The notes: generated by a model from the sequence alone, not told the origin. A DNA stretch of 64,000 bases from an uncultured delta proteobacterium (GCA_963708295.1 CAVPSJ010000004.1:832001-896000); one strand, 5' to 3'. Positions 10,326-21,004 are shown, numbered from the stretch's first letter. Numbers and translations: made by a program.

Positions 10326-11165
10326 ATGAGAGTGGCCTCTTCATTTCTTTCAATCTCCAGTATCCTGATTTGTCTGGCACTCGTTTCCTCCAATGCGATA
10401 TCCGAGGAGGGTCCTTGGAGAAAGATGGGAAATGGGCTCTTTCTTGGACAATTTGATCCCCTGGATGAACATCCTGTCAAGGATTCAAAGATCTTTGTCT
10501 TAAAGATCCATCCAAGGTATTACTCTTTCAAGCTGCTTTGCGCTTCAGAACTTGGAAAGATGAGATTAACAGCCAAAGAATGGTGTAAAAAATACAATCT
10601 CGTTGCTGCCATTAATGCGGGAATGTATCAGCAGGACGGGCTAACGAACGTGGGCTACATGAAGAATTATTCCCATCTCAACAATCCCAGGCTGAATTCC
10701 GCTTATAAGGCCGTTCTAGCGTTTAACCGGGTGGAGGTCGGTGTTCCGGAGATTCAGATTATTGATTTGACGTGTCAGGACTTTGAGGCGTTGAGGCCGA
10801 AGTACCAGACGTTCGTACAGGGTATTCGGATGATCAGTTGTCGTCAAGAGAATGTTTGGTCTAAACAAGACAGGAGATGGAGCTTGGCCGTTTTGGGTGT
10901 GGATAAGGAGGGACACGTCCTCTTTATTCTTTCGGAGGCTCCCTATTCCGGATATGATTTCAACAGGGTTTTGTTGTCCCTTCCACTCTCGATTTTCAAT
11001 GCCACCTATCTGGAGGGGGGACCTGAGGCTAGCCTTTATTTTTCCGCAGCGGGGATGGAGCTGGAAAAGGTCGGGATTTATGGAGCGGATCTGAAAGGGA
11101 GCGCCGTTAGATCCAGCGCCGGTCCGATTCCAAATGTCATTGGGATATCCAGAAAGCCGAATTGA
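10326..11165 (+). CDS. Phosphodiester glycosidase (NAGPA/DUF2233) family protein
   Basis: AAINAGMY, AVLGVDKEG, ATYLEGGPEASL, IPNVIGI; signal peptide. Confidence 0.75.
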   Translation: MRVASSFLSISSILICLALVSSNAISEEGPWRKMGNGLFLGQFDPLDEHPVKDSKIFVLKIHPRYYSFKLLCASELGKMRLTAKEWCKKYNLVAAINAGMYQQDGLTNVGYMKNYSHLNNPRLNSAYKAVLAFNRVEVGVPEIQIIDLTCQDFEALRPKYQTFVQGIRMISCRQENVWSKQDRRWSLAVLGVDKEGHVLFILSEAPYSGYDFNRVLLSLPLSIFNATYLEGGPEASLYFSAAGMELEKVGIYGADLKGSAVRSSAGPIPNVIGISRKPN

Positions 11166-11480
11166 CACCGGGACACTTACGAATCGGTCCGTAAGGGTAT
11201 AAACATTTGGATGAAGATTCTCCCTTCTGCTCTCCAAAAGAATGAAACACCGTTCACCCTGAGCCTGTCGAAGGGTTCCTATGATTTCGATTTTGAGGGT
11301 TCCTCCCTTCAAACGACATGTTCATTTGCAAAATAGCTTTGTGCCTGAACATCCCGTCCTGTACCCCCCTGCCACCCGGGCGGGGTTCTTTAATCCCGGC
11401 CCCGTGTGCCTCTTTTTTGCATAAAGGACTTTACATGATTTGTCGCTTTATATACTAATATGTGAAAGCGAGGAGGATTC

Positions 11481-13097
11481 TTGAATCAAGTCACAGGAAA
11501 GGATGAGTCTCACCCGGATCATCGGGTCGCCATAGGCCACCACGCAGCGGTGGTGGCGGCAGGTATTCTCCTCAGTCGTATCGCGGGCTTGGTGAGGGAT
11601 CGTGTTTTTGCCTACTACTTTGGAAGTTCCGATGCGGCAGACGCCTTCCGGGCCGCTTTCCGTATCCCAAATTTCTTACAAAACCTGTTTGGCGAGGGGG
11701 TGCTGTCAGCTTCGTTCATTCCTGTATACGCGAATCTCCTTGCCCGTGGGGAGAAAGATGAAGCCGACCGGGTGGCCGCTGCCGTGTTCTGTTTGTTGTC
11801 ACTGGTGCTTTCGTGCCTGGTCATTGTCGGTGTTTTTGCCACCCCCCTCTTGATTGATGCCATTGCGCCCGGATTCGAAGGGGCCAAGCGGGAATTGACG
11901 ATTTCTCTTGTCCGGATCCTATTTCCTGGCGCTGCGCTCCTTGCCCTGTCGGCATGGTGCCTTGGCATTCTAAACAGCCACCGTCGATTTTTCATCTCGT
12001 ACACGGCCCCGGTGGCCTGGAATCTCGTGATGATTGCTTCCCTGGTCGGATTTGGAAGTCGTTTTGAACAGTTTCCGCTCACGAAGGCGCTCGCATGGGG
12101 GTCCGTGGTCGGCAGTGCTGTCCAGTTTGGAGTCCAACTACCTCAGGTGGCTCGTCTGATGCGTCAGTTCCGCGTATCGATGGGACTGGGGATGGAAAGC
12201 GTTCAAACGGTGATCCGCAATTTTGTGCCGGTTTTTATCAGCCGCGGTGTCGTGCAGATCAGCGCTTACATCGACGCTTTGTTGGCAAGTTTTCTGCCCA
12301 CAGGCTCTCTCGCGTCGCTCGTCTATGCCCAAACCTTATATACCTTGCCGGTCAGCCTTTTCGGCATGTCGGTTTCCGCGGCAGAATTGCCTGCTCTCTC
12401 CAGCGCCATAGGCGAAGCCAGTGAAGTCACTGTCTATTTGCGAAACCGGCTGAATGCCGGTCTTCGTCAGATCGCCTTTTTTGTTGTTCCTTCTGCCATC
12501 GCCTTTCTCACCCTCGGTGATGTCATTGCCGGAGCCATCTACCAGACGGGTCAATTTACCCGGCGCGATTCGGTCTACGTGTGGGCCATCCTGGCAGGCT
12601 ACGCTGTAGGCTTACTGGCGACCACGCTTGGAAGACTGTATTCATCGATGTATTACTCCCTGAAGGATACGCGCACTCCCCTGCGTTATGCGGTCGTGCG
12701 CATCCTTCTATCGGCTGTTCTGGGATATCTATGCGCTCTGCCTTTGCCACCCCTCCTGGGACTCGACCCACGTTGGGGAGTGGTGGGACTTACCGCATCG
12801 GCTGGGTTGTGTGGATGGCTGGAGCTTGCCCTGCTTCGGAATTCATTGAAAGAAAGGATCGGAAAGACTGGCCTCCCACCTTCACTCGTCCTCACTTTAT
12901 GCCTTGCTGCTGGAGCGGGTGCAGCTGCAGGCTGGGCTGGCAAGTGGATGATGGGTCTGAGCCATCCGATTCCCTTGGCCATCGTATCTTTGGGATTGTA
13001 CGGTGCGGTCTATTTCGGAATCGCCGCAGTGTTTCGTGTGCCAGAGGCGAGAGGATTATTTAACAAGGTGGGTCGTTTGGCTGGATTCCACCGCTGA
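11481..13097 (+). CDS. murJ: Lipid II flippase MurJ (MviN)
   Basis: LSRIAGLVRD, ADAFRAAFRIPN, FGEGVLSASFIP, multiple TM helices. Confidence 0.95.
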   Translation: MNQVTGKDESHPDHRVAIGHHAAVVAAGILLSRIAGLVRDRVFAYYFGSSDAADAFRAAFRIPNFLQNLFGEGVLSASFIPVYANLLARGEKDEADRVAAAVFCLLSLVLSCLVIVGVFATPLLIDAIAPGFEGAKRELTISLVRILFPGAALLALSAWCLGILNSHRRFFISYTAPVAWNLVMIASLVGFGSRFEQFPLTKALAWGSVVGSAVQFGVQLPQVARLMRQFRVSMGLGMESVQTVIRNFVPVFISRGVVQISAYIDALLASFLPTGSLASLVYAQTLYTLPVSLFGMSVSAAELPALSSAIGEASEVTVYLRNRLNAGLRQIAFFVVPSAIAFLTLGDVIAGAIYQTGQFTRRDSVYVWAILAGYAVGLLATTLGRLYSSMYYSLKDTRTPLRYAVVRILLSAVLGYLCALPLPPLLGLDPRWGVVGLTASAGLCGWLELALLRNSLKERIGKTGLPPSLVLTLCLAAGAGAAAGWAGKWMMGLSHPIPLAIVSLGLYGAVYFGIAAVFRVPEARGLFNKVGRLAGFHR

Positions 13098-13195
13098 CGC
13101 GAATTCTTTTAATCGCTCATCTTCAAATTCCCAGCCCATATCGAATTAGATCGTCGCTATCCTCTTCTTTCGAGGCGCCCTCTAAATAGGCTTCA

Positions 13196-13371
13196 ATTAC
13201 TAATGAGGCCATAATTGAGAAGACATATACTGCTCCGGCAAATCCCCATCCCCTTCCTAACCTCCCCCTCGAAGGGGGAGGAACATAAAGATTTCCCTCC
13301 CCCTCAGGGGGAGGGGAAGGGTGGGGATGGGGTTAATCAGGCGTCTATTCAATTATGGACTCATTAGTAAT
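13196..13371. mobile_element. MITE-like element: ~29-bp terminal inverted repeats enclosing a GC-rich REP-like double hairpin
   Basis: ATTACTAATGAGGCCATAATTGAGAAGAC versus GTCTATTCAATTATGGACTCATTAGTAAT; the core is shared (inverted) with 40690-40793. Confidence 0.65.
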
Positions 13372-13414
13372 CCAGAGGCTGCAAGAAAAGCGAGTCATTT
13401 CTGCCGCTGGCCGG

Positions 13415-15240
13415 CTAATCCCCGGCCGGCCGCCATATTTTGAATTCGGGCAGGGGATTGTAGCGTTGGCTCATGTGGTTCAAGAACCACCGGGGAAGAG
13501 CTTTCTCTGAAGTCTTCACCAGACACACGGGGCGAGACGGAATCTTTTGACCATCCGGCAACAGAATGGGAAGGGATTCCCTTGGGTCAGGCCATTTCCA
13601 GAGAAGCCCCTGATGGCGACCGATGATGAGAAAGCGTCGGTAGGGCGTATGAGATACCGTATAATCCCGGTCCAGGAAATGTTGTGGCTGTTCCCGGACG
13701 AACTGCCAGCAGGGGTTCAGTTCTTCAGGGAAGACATCAGGGGGTACTTCAATGGAGAGCAAAGTAAAAGGATTCTCTTCCAAGTATTCGCGTAAGCATG
13801 GAAGCCATCTTGTAGGCTCTCTCAGGACCTCTCTGGACAGATGAAGGGTCAGAGCATAGGCAAGGGTTTGGTTGAACCGGGAAAGAGGGTGCACTTGATC
13901 AAGAGTTTGCCAGTGGATCTCCGTACGCAATTCCAGGGCCAGGGAATCCATTTTTGAAACAGAGTCTAAGGCCGGAGGAACCTCGACCGGAGAGATCTCT
14001 TCCTCGATCCGGTTTTCGTAATGAAGAAAGGCCTGACAAATTTCCGGAGCGGCTATTTCATCATTTCGCGTCACGAGATAGGGAGGGCAGGGCATGGCCT
14101 TAATTTTAAACTCATTGGAACGCTGGTGAAGCTCCGTTCCTGAAATAAGGCTCAGCGGATAAAGCATCAAGAGGTCGTAGACTTCATGCTCGAGCACCCA
14201 GTCGAGACTCCGGCAGATATCAGAGAGGCGATCCCCGGGGAGTCCTGCAATCAGATCGACCATCACTTCGATGCCATTGTCCTGCAGGAGATGAACCCCC
14301 CTCTGAAAGCCTTCACCTTCGAAATCTCGACGAATGCGCCTCAGCGTATCCCTCTTGATACTTTGGAGGCCGACTTCCAGTTCGGGTGAAGCCGGCCCGT
14401 CCCATCTTCTCAGCCATCCATGGATCAATCGCTTCGGCATTGGCTTCAGCATGAATTTTTATGAAGCGGTCATGATTGATTTTTTCTATTTCTTTCAGGA
14501 GCGCCTCAAGTTGAGGATGTTTGGTAAAACAGGGATCGAGAAAGACAATCTCCTCAAAGCCTTTCTCCCGTGCGCGGCGCACTTCCATCACAATGCGTTC
14601 GAGGGAAAAAGCCCTGAGGCCTGCCGATTGCTTATGATAATAGCAGTAGGCGCACCGGTGAACACAACCGCGCACGGCCTCCAGCCACAAGACATTCTTG
14701 AGATGGCCATCCAGTCTTCCGGAGAGAAAAGGAGACGTCCAATGATCGAGGGTAGTGAGAAAACTTCGTTCCGCTGAAATGCCATTCCCCATCTTCTTCT
14801 TTCGCGAGTACCCCGGGAATACGAGGAACCTCAGGATGAGATTGCAGTAAGACTTTCCATGCCTCTTCGCCTTCGCCCACGACGCCGATATCGAAATCCT
14901 TGTGCCGCAGGAGGAATTCGTTATCAGGGTTGATCTCCGGCCCGCCCAGCACGATCTTACAGGAGGGTAAATGGTGCTTGAGTTGTCGGGCAAGAAATAG
15001 GCTTCGTTCCACATTCCACAAATAACAACTCATCCCTACCAGGTCCGGTTGGGAATCCACCAAAACCCGGAGGATGGCCTGATCGTTGCCGTAAGACATC
15101 AAGGGGTTTGGCAACAGTTCCGCGTTCATTCCTTCTGCTTCTGCAATCCGTTGGAGGTAGGAAGCGGCGAGAGGAATATTCTCTCTGCTGTAGAAGAAAT
15201 CGTGTCCCTGAATGGGAAGTTGTAATAAGAACAGCTTCAT
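13415..15240 (-). CDS. B12-binding radical SAM protein (frameshifts near 14760 and 14400)
   Basis: PLAASYL...PDLVGMSCYLWN...LGGPE...GEGE (B12 domain); RGCVHRCAYC (CxxxCxxC); EVGLQS, DLIAGLPGD. Confidence 0.85.
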
Positions 15241-15407
15241 AAGCTTTCTATTTACCCCCCGTCGAAAGCAGAAGATTTTCTAACGGGGTTAACTTATAAT
15301 GCCCTCTTCCATCCGTCAAGCATTGGATCATTTTTTGATCAGCCGTCCTTGAAATTCAGAGGGCCAATGCATAAATTAGTATAGATTATGAAAAGGAGGT
15401 GAGCTGG

Positions 15408-15551
15408 ATGAAATGTGACCGCTGCGGAGGTTCGATGGCTTTCGAGAAATTCTATGGCCAGACCGAGGATTTTTTCGGATGGAGATGCATTTTTTGCGGG
15501 GAGATCGTTGACCGTATCATCCTGGAGAACCGACTTCAAAAGAGACGTTAA
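15408..15551 (+). CDS. Small zinc-ribbon protein, 47 aa
   Basis: MKCDRCGGSM...GWRCIFCGEIVD..ILENR; strong RBS AAGGAGGTGA; too short for the ORF track. Confidence 0.75.
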   Translation: MKCDRCGGSMAFEKFYGQTEDFFGWRCIFCGEIVDRIILENRLQKRR

Positions 15552-16117
15552 CCGGTCACGCTTTTTCTTCCCAGATCGTAAGCTTGTTTCTTGATTGCCT
15601 CATTCTTGGAAATTTCTCCTTTTGCGGAAGCCGAGGCCTGAACCACTCCAAAGAAGTTGAGTCCGCTGAATTGGCAAGTGCTTTTGAAACTGTGAACAAT
15701 GGGGTCAGCGGTCGAGACGTTTGGGTCTCCGCAGAGCGTAATCAGGCCGATCTTTTTCCCCTTCATCTTCGGACGGTAGGCCTTCTGCCATTGCCACTCC
15801 GCATCAAAAAAAACGCACCAGCGGTCCAGGTAGGCTTTCATCTGTGAAGTCATGGCCCAGAAATAGACAGGCACACTGTGGATGATGGCTTCTGCCTCGA
15901 GGATCTTCTTGTGAATCTCCAGCATGTCATCCTTGATGACGCAGATCCCTGTTTCATTGCACTTTCCACAATCCAGGCACCCGGAAATCTTTTTCTTGGA
16001 CAGGACGATCTTCTCCACTTCTGCCCCTGCATTCTTAGCCCCGGCCAGCGCTTGTTCTAGCAAGATGTCACTGTTCCCTCCGACCCGAGGGCTTCCCAGG
16101 ATTCCTAAGACTTTCAT
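15548..16117 (-). CDS. Iron-sulfur flavoprotein / NADPH-dependent FMN reductase family
   Basis: GSPRVGGNS, CLDCGKC..GIC, SVPVYF, KAYLDR. Confidence 0.9.
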   Translation of the reverse strand: MKVLGILGSPRVGGNSDILLEQALAGAKNAGAEVEKIVLSKKKISGCLDCGKCNETGICVIKDDMLEIHKKILEAEAIIHSVPVYFWAMTSQMKAYLDRWCVFFDAEWQWQKAYRPKMKGKKIGLITLCGDPNVSTADPIVHSFKSTCQFSGLNFFGVVQASASAKGEISKNEAIKKQAYDLGRKSVTG

Positions 16118-16225
16118 TTTTCCTCCTCCTTCATGAATCAAGCCTTTTCAAACTTTAAGCCTTTTTAAAAGATTTGGCAATAAAGGGATTCGACCTAGGG
16201 GGTCCTGAGCAAGTGATTTTGAAGA

Positions 16226-16254
16226 TTGACACTCTCCTATCGTCACTTTATAGT
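16226..16254 (+). promoter_or_regulatory. Sigma-70 promoter upstream of rubrerythrin
   Basis: TTGACA-N17-TATAGT. Confidence 0.6.
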
Positions 16255-16266
16255 ATCCTATCAAAG

Positions 16267-16384
16267 TAAACCCGTTAGAAAGTCTTGACACAAGGCTTAC
16301 CCGTTTAGAAATAAATCTCTAAGGGGGTTCGCTGAAAAGAAATAGTTCTCATCCCCGTTGCACCGCTTTCTAACGGGGTAAACG
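16267..16384. repeat. Nested REP-like palindromes (ACCCGTTAGAAA ... TTTCTAACGGGGT); related copy near 15252-15293
   Basis: Inverted half-sites read directly from the sequence. Confidence 0.6.
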
Positions 16385-16416
16385 TCTATCATTGAATCAA
16401 GTGAGGAGGGAAAGTG

Positions 16417-16989
16417 ATGGAATTGAAAGGAAGCAAGACGGAAAAGAATCTTTTGGCCGCTTTTGCCGGCGAATCCCAGGCCCGGAATCGTTATACCTAT
16501 TTTGCCAGTGCTGCCAAAAAAGAGGGGTATGAGCAGATATCTGCCATCTTTCTGGAAACAGCCGAAAACGAGAAAGAACATGCCAAGCTCTTTTTCAGTT
16601 TGCTCAAGGGAGGAGACGAAGAGATCATGGCTGCTTACCCTGCTGGAGTCGTTGGGAATACCATCGACAATTTGAAAGCAGCAGCTGCCGGAGAAAATCT
16701 TGAATGGACAAAGCTCTACCAGGATTTCGCCGCGGTAGCCAAGACGGAAGGATTGGGTGAAGCTTACGAAGCCTTCACCCAGGTTGCCAAGGTGGAAAAG
16801 TTCCACGAGGCCAGGTACCTGGATCTATTAAAAAATGTAAAGGAAGGGAAGGCATTTAAAAAGGACACTTCTGTGAAATGGCACTGCCGGAATTGTGGTT
16901 ATGTCTTTGAAGGGAAGGAAGTCCCGGAGAAATGTCCGGTCTGCAAACATCCCCGAGCTTACTTCGAAGTTCTGGCGGAGAATTATTGA
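16417..16989 (+). CDS. rbr: Rubrerythrin
   Basis: AFAGESQARNRY, EKEHA, EKFHE, WHCRNCGY...CPVCKHP. Confidence 0.95.
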   Translation: MELKGSKTEKNLLAAFAGESQARNRYTYFASAAKKEGYEQISAIFLETAENEKEHAKLFFSLLKGGDEEIMAAYPAGVVGNTIDNLKAAAAGENLEWTKLYQDFAAVAKTEGLGEAYEAFTQVAKVEKFHEARYLDLLKNVKEGKAFKKDTSVKWHCRNCGYVFEGKEVPEKCPVCKHPRAYFEVLAENY

Positions 16990-17249
16990 TGATCCATGCT
17001 TGCCGAGGGGGAGGTTCCTCTAAAGGAATCTCCCCCATCCTTCAAAATTTCCCTATCATCCCCTCCCATCGGTCCGTACAATTCTATTTATTTAGCACTA
17101 TAATTTCTAGAAACAGAACGGTTCATCATACGGATGGATAAAGGGAAGCCTGTGTGGTAAGATGGGGCGTACGTTTCTATTCTTCTAAGAAATATTTTCG
17201 CAGCAATAAATCACGGTTGTGTGGCATAATAAAACATGAAGGGAAGAAG

Positions 17250-17927
17250 ATGAGTCAAACCTCCATAAGAGTTCTGATCACCTGTATGAGCCTATCGATC
17301 TTATTGGTTGGCACTGTCCTTTCGGTCTTTGCCCAAAAAACCGGGACCTCCAAAGAACTGGATGCGACGGTGGAAAAATTTCTGAATGAAAACCGGAGGA
17401 ACTGGCATGACTTGAATGTGCCCTACAAGGACGGCAAACATTATTCAATTTGATCGTCAAAAACAATTACAGAAGGGCGTTGGAAATCGGCACTTCCACA
17501 GGCCATTCCTCTATATGGATGGCCTGGGCATTGAGCAAAACAGGCGGCAAACTGATCACCATTGAGATCGATGAGGGCCGGTACAAAACAGCGTTGAAGA
17601 ATTTCAAGAAGGCCGGAGTGGAAGAATTTATCGATGCCCGGTTGGCCGATGCCCATCAACTGGTGAAAGAGTTGAAAGGGCCCTTTGATTTTGTCTTTTC
17701 CGATGCCGACAAGGAATGGTATACGCAGTATTTCAAAGAGGTGGACCCCAAACTGGTCAGTGGGCGGCTGCTTTACGGCCCACAATGTGACCGATGGTTT
17801 TGGAGATGTAAAAACATTTCTTAACTATGTCCGGAGCCTTCCCAACTACGAGACCACGATCGATCGTTCCAGCAGTTCAGGCATTTCCATCAGCTACAAG
17901 AAGTCAAACGCACCTTCCTCACGTTGA
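17250..17927 (+). CDS. Class I SAM-dependent O-methyltransferase with an N-terminal signal-like segment (frameshifts near 17440 and 17765)
   Basis: LEIGTSTGHS, ITIEID, PFDFVFSDADK, GGCFTAHN. Confidence 0.8.
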
Positions 17928-17993
17928 TTTCGGTCCCAATTTTTCTTATTCTGTTTTTTCGGAATCCTTTTTTCCTTCTCCGTTTCCTTTCTC

Positions 17994-19688
17994 TCACCCC
18001 ATCGCATCATCTTTCTCTACTTCCTCGCTTTTTTCTCCGGTGTCGGAGGGCGATTCCCTGCATTCGGACGCGGTCCACTCCTCGCTGAGTCTTCGCAGGT
18101 CCTGCTGCTGCTGCTGAATCGAGAAGTCGGCATATTCAGGGTCTTTCTTCCGATACGTCTTCTCGATGAAGGCAATGGAGTTGTTGGTGGCGAGGATCTG
18201 TGCCTGGATCATCTCACACCTCTTCGATCCTCGACGGACCTCGATCGAGTCCATCCGGGGAGGAGAAGGCCGAGCTTTCTTCACGGCTGTCGGAGACGGT
18301 TCTCTGCATTCGGACCTCGTCCACTCCTCATTGAGTTTTACCAGGAGATGCTGCTGCTGGAGAATCGAGAAATCCGCGTATTTAGGATCCTTCTTTCGGT
18401 AAGCCTTCTCAATGAAAGCAATAGAGCTTTTGGTGGTAAGGGTCTGTGCATGGATCATTTCACATTTGCTCAACCCCCAACGGGCCTCGATCGAATGCTT
18501 CGGATGAGGGGAAAGCCAGAAACGGTTCTGATAGGCATGATAGAGGGTGATGGAGCGGTTCTGTGAGATATCGATCGAAATGCTCTCCATCAACCGCTTC
18601 ACCATCCCCCGGTCGAGATCGTTCGATTCGATGATCTTTGAAAGATGATCCATCAGGGAGATGATTATTCCATCACGGCCCGGGGTACTGTGAATCTCCC
18701 ATCCTTCCGAGCCATCCGGGCAGTCCCCGTTGTGACACTGCTCGTATCCTGTCAGAACTACGGGAACCCTCTCCCTGAGATAGCGAGCGATCGTTCCCAT
18801 AACCTTCATCATCTTCTCCGTGGGGGGATAGTTTGTTGGATCGATCCTTCGGGCCACGGCTTCGACAAAATCGGCAGAGTCCTTACAGAAATCAGAGGTA
18901 TATTGCTCTTGGGAATAAAAGGGGTGTTCTTGAACAGGGAGATACTTCCATTCCCCGTTTTCAGAAACGGGCCATCGGAACTTCATAAGACCTGAACGGG
19001 AATCGGATTCCGGTCTCACCGAAAAAAAATATCCCGCACTTAGTTTTCGAACCCTCACCGGAAGCCCCGACTCCCAGGTCTGAAGAGGATGGGCCTGGCT
19101 CCCGTCGAGAAAGACATGGCCGATCATCCCCGTATGGGATTCTGTCACCAAGAATAGCGTCCCGGGGGTGACCGAATCGGAAGAAATCCGGATGGGATAG
19201 GTGTCGAGGGGGAGGGTGCCTGTCCAGGTCATCGGAAGGAGGTAACGAAGCGCAGCGCGGAAACGTTCGTCCATGTGCCATTCCGGGTGGGTTGGAAAAT
19301 GTTTCCAATCCGTGGACCAGTGGCCGATCCATCTGCCTTCCCGTGTCGTAGCAGCAGCGGGAAGATGGTTGATCCGGGCATAAATCCATCGGATCGCATA
19401 AACAGCATCCGCGCAATCCGTGGGGATCTGGTAGCGGATGAAGAAATCCTCGGTAATCGTTTCATCCACCCATTTTTCATACCGGCGCTCTTCTTCAACC
19501 GTCCAGCGACGATCGCCGACCTCCCAGACTTGATCCATGGATTCCCGAACTTGATCTGTAGATTTCCAAACTTGATTCGTAGACTCTTCCAGCACCTGGC
19601 CGAGGCCTTGATCCGTAGATTCATCCAGCATCTGACCGAGGCATGGAGTGGAGACAAGGACGACCAGCAGGAGAACAAGAAATGGCAT
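17994..19688 (-). CDS. Secreted hypothetical protein; possible papain-like (NlpC/P60-type) domain plus a duplicated C-terminal module
   Basis: 564-aa ORF, signal peptide, TDCADA and PGTLFL..SHTGMI motifs, internal repeat. Confidence 0.7.
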   Translation of the reverse strand: MPFLVLLLVVLVSTPCLGQMLDESTDQGLGQVLEESTNQVWKSTDQVRESMDQVWEVGDRRWTVEEERRYEKWVDETITEDFFIRYQIPTDCADAVYAIRWIYARINHLPAAATTREGRWIGHWSTDWKHFPTHPEWHMDERFRAALRYLLPMTWTGTLPLDTYPIRISSDSVTPGTLFLVTESHTGMIGHVFLDGSQAHPLQTWESGLPVRVRKLSAGYFFSVRPESDSRSGLMKFRWPVSENGEWKYLPVQEHPFYSQEQYTSDFCKDSADFVEAVARRIDPTNYPPTEKMMKVMGTIARYLRERVPVVLTGYEQCHNGDCPDGSEGWEIHSTPGRDGIIISLMDHLSKIIESNDLDRGMVKRLMESISIDISQNRSITLYHAYQNRFWLSPHPKHSIEARWGLSKCEMIHAQTLTTKSSIAFIEKAYRKKDPKYADFSILQQQHLLVKLNEEWTRSECREPSPTAVKKARPSPPRMDSIEVRRGSKRCEMIQAQILATNNSIAFIEKTYRKKDPEYADFSIQQQQQDLRRLSEEWTASECRESPSDTGEKSEEVEKDDAMG

Positions 19689-19700
19689 AGCTCCATATTA

Positions 19701-19723
19701 AGAAGATTGTCAGAAGATTGTCA
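19701..19723 (-). promoter_or_regulatory. 11-bp direct repeat overlapping the -35 box (OmpR/PhoB-type site)
   Basis: AGAAGATTGTC x2; the minus strand reads TTGACA-N18-TAATAT just upstream of the 564-aa gene. Confidence 0.5.
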
Positions 19724-20239
19724 ACCCTTCGACTCCCCAGTGAGAGGCCTGCGCTTGCTTTCACCCCGATCCCAGGGGCTCAGGGTTGACCCTGAGCGAA
19801 GCTTTGCGCCGCCGAATGGGTCAACAGAGGGTGTTGTAATTAACGAAAAATCGCTTCTGCTGCAAGCCGGGATAGGTACTCAGGTGATGAAGCTTTAGGC
19901 CTGCCTGCGCGAAGCCGCTTCGGCGAGGCAGGGCGGAAACCTTTTAACGATCAGCACCTGAGCTGCAAGCCCATGAAGAGATTGCATTTGCAAGAGCCTC
20001 GATTACCCATAACTCTAAAAGACCGCATTCCAAAGCTGGGGAGCCTGAGTGCCTGTTCCGGTGGTATCTCCCCTTCATCCTTCATTATGATTGCGCAGGG
20101 GGAGAGGGGAGGAGATCATTTTGTGGTTCTCAGTGAAAAAGAGATGCTTGCGGCTTGCCGGAGAGCTTGATTTATGAAAGGGTCGCGCTATAATACCTAA
20201 GACAATTCAAATATCCTTAGATTCCAGGGGAGGCATGCA

Positions 20240-20977
20240 ATGAGAACTTTATTACTGTTTATCAATTTCCTTTCCGCGGTCATGGTTGTCGCTGCCCTTG
20301 CTCAAGAGAAGTTTGAGACAGATATCATTAAGACATCGGCAGGCGACTTAAAGATCACCTTCCTCGGGCATGGCACATTGATGTTCAACTTTGGAGGAAA
20401 GGTGATCCATGTGGATCCTTACAGTGATGTCGCTGATTATAACTCCCTCCCGAAAGCCCAAATCATACTCCTCACCCACGAGCACAGGGACCACCTCGAC
20501 CTGAAGGCCTTGAATGCGATCCGGACGGAAAAGACGGTGGTGGTGTTAACCGAGGCCTGTGCAAAGCAGGTGCAGGGAGGGGTTGTGATGAAAAACGGCG
20601 ATATGGAAACTGTGGAAGGATTAAAAATCGAGGCCGTGCCCGCCTACAATATTGTCCATAAACGAGACACCGGACAACCTTTCCATCCGAAGGGGGCAGG
20701 CAACGGGTACATCATCACCTTCGGGGATAAGCGGGTCTACATGGCTGGCGATTCGGAGAACACCCCTGAAATGAAGGTCCTGAAAAACATTGACATCGCC
20801 TTCCTCCCCATGAACCTTCCTTACACGATGACTCCCGAGATGGTGTCGGATGCGGCAAAGGCGTTCAAACCCAAGATCCTTTATCCCTATCACTTTGGTG
20901 AAACGGATACCTCAGAGGTAGTGAGCCTGCTGAAGGGAACTCCGGGGGTTGAGGTCCGCATCCGAAAAATGAAATAG
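20240..20977 (+). CDS. MBL-fold metallo-hydrolase, secreted
   Basis: FLGHGT, IHVDPY, THEHRDHLD, YMAGDS, PYHFG. Confidence 0.9.
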   Translation: MRTLLLFINFLSAVMVVAALAQEKFETDIIKTSAGDLKITFLGHGTLMFNFGGKVIHVDPYSDVADYNSLPKAQIILLTHEHRDHLDLKALNAIRTEKTVVVLTEACAKQVQGGVVMKNGDMETVEGLKIEAVPAYNIVHKRDTGQPFHPKGAGNGYIITFGDKRVYMAGDSENTPEMKVLKNIDIAFLPMNLPYTMTPEMVSDAAKAFKPKILYPYHFGETDTSEVVSLLKGTPGVEVRIRKMK

Positions 20978-21004
20978 GACGATTCTTGTTTTGTGCCTCG
21001 GGAG

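Noticed and set aside
19540-19640. CRISPR-like or VNTR array
   Set aside because: These are degenerate ~21-nt coding repeats inside the 564-aa gene, with no spacers and no cas genes
19840-20010. Riboswitch (CTCAGGTG...CACCTGAG pairing)
   Set aside because: No recognisable aptamer consensus, and it is interrupted by a REP-like hairpin; an Rfam/Infernal scan would be needed
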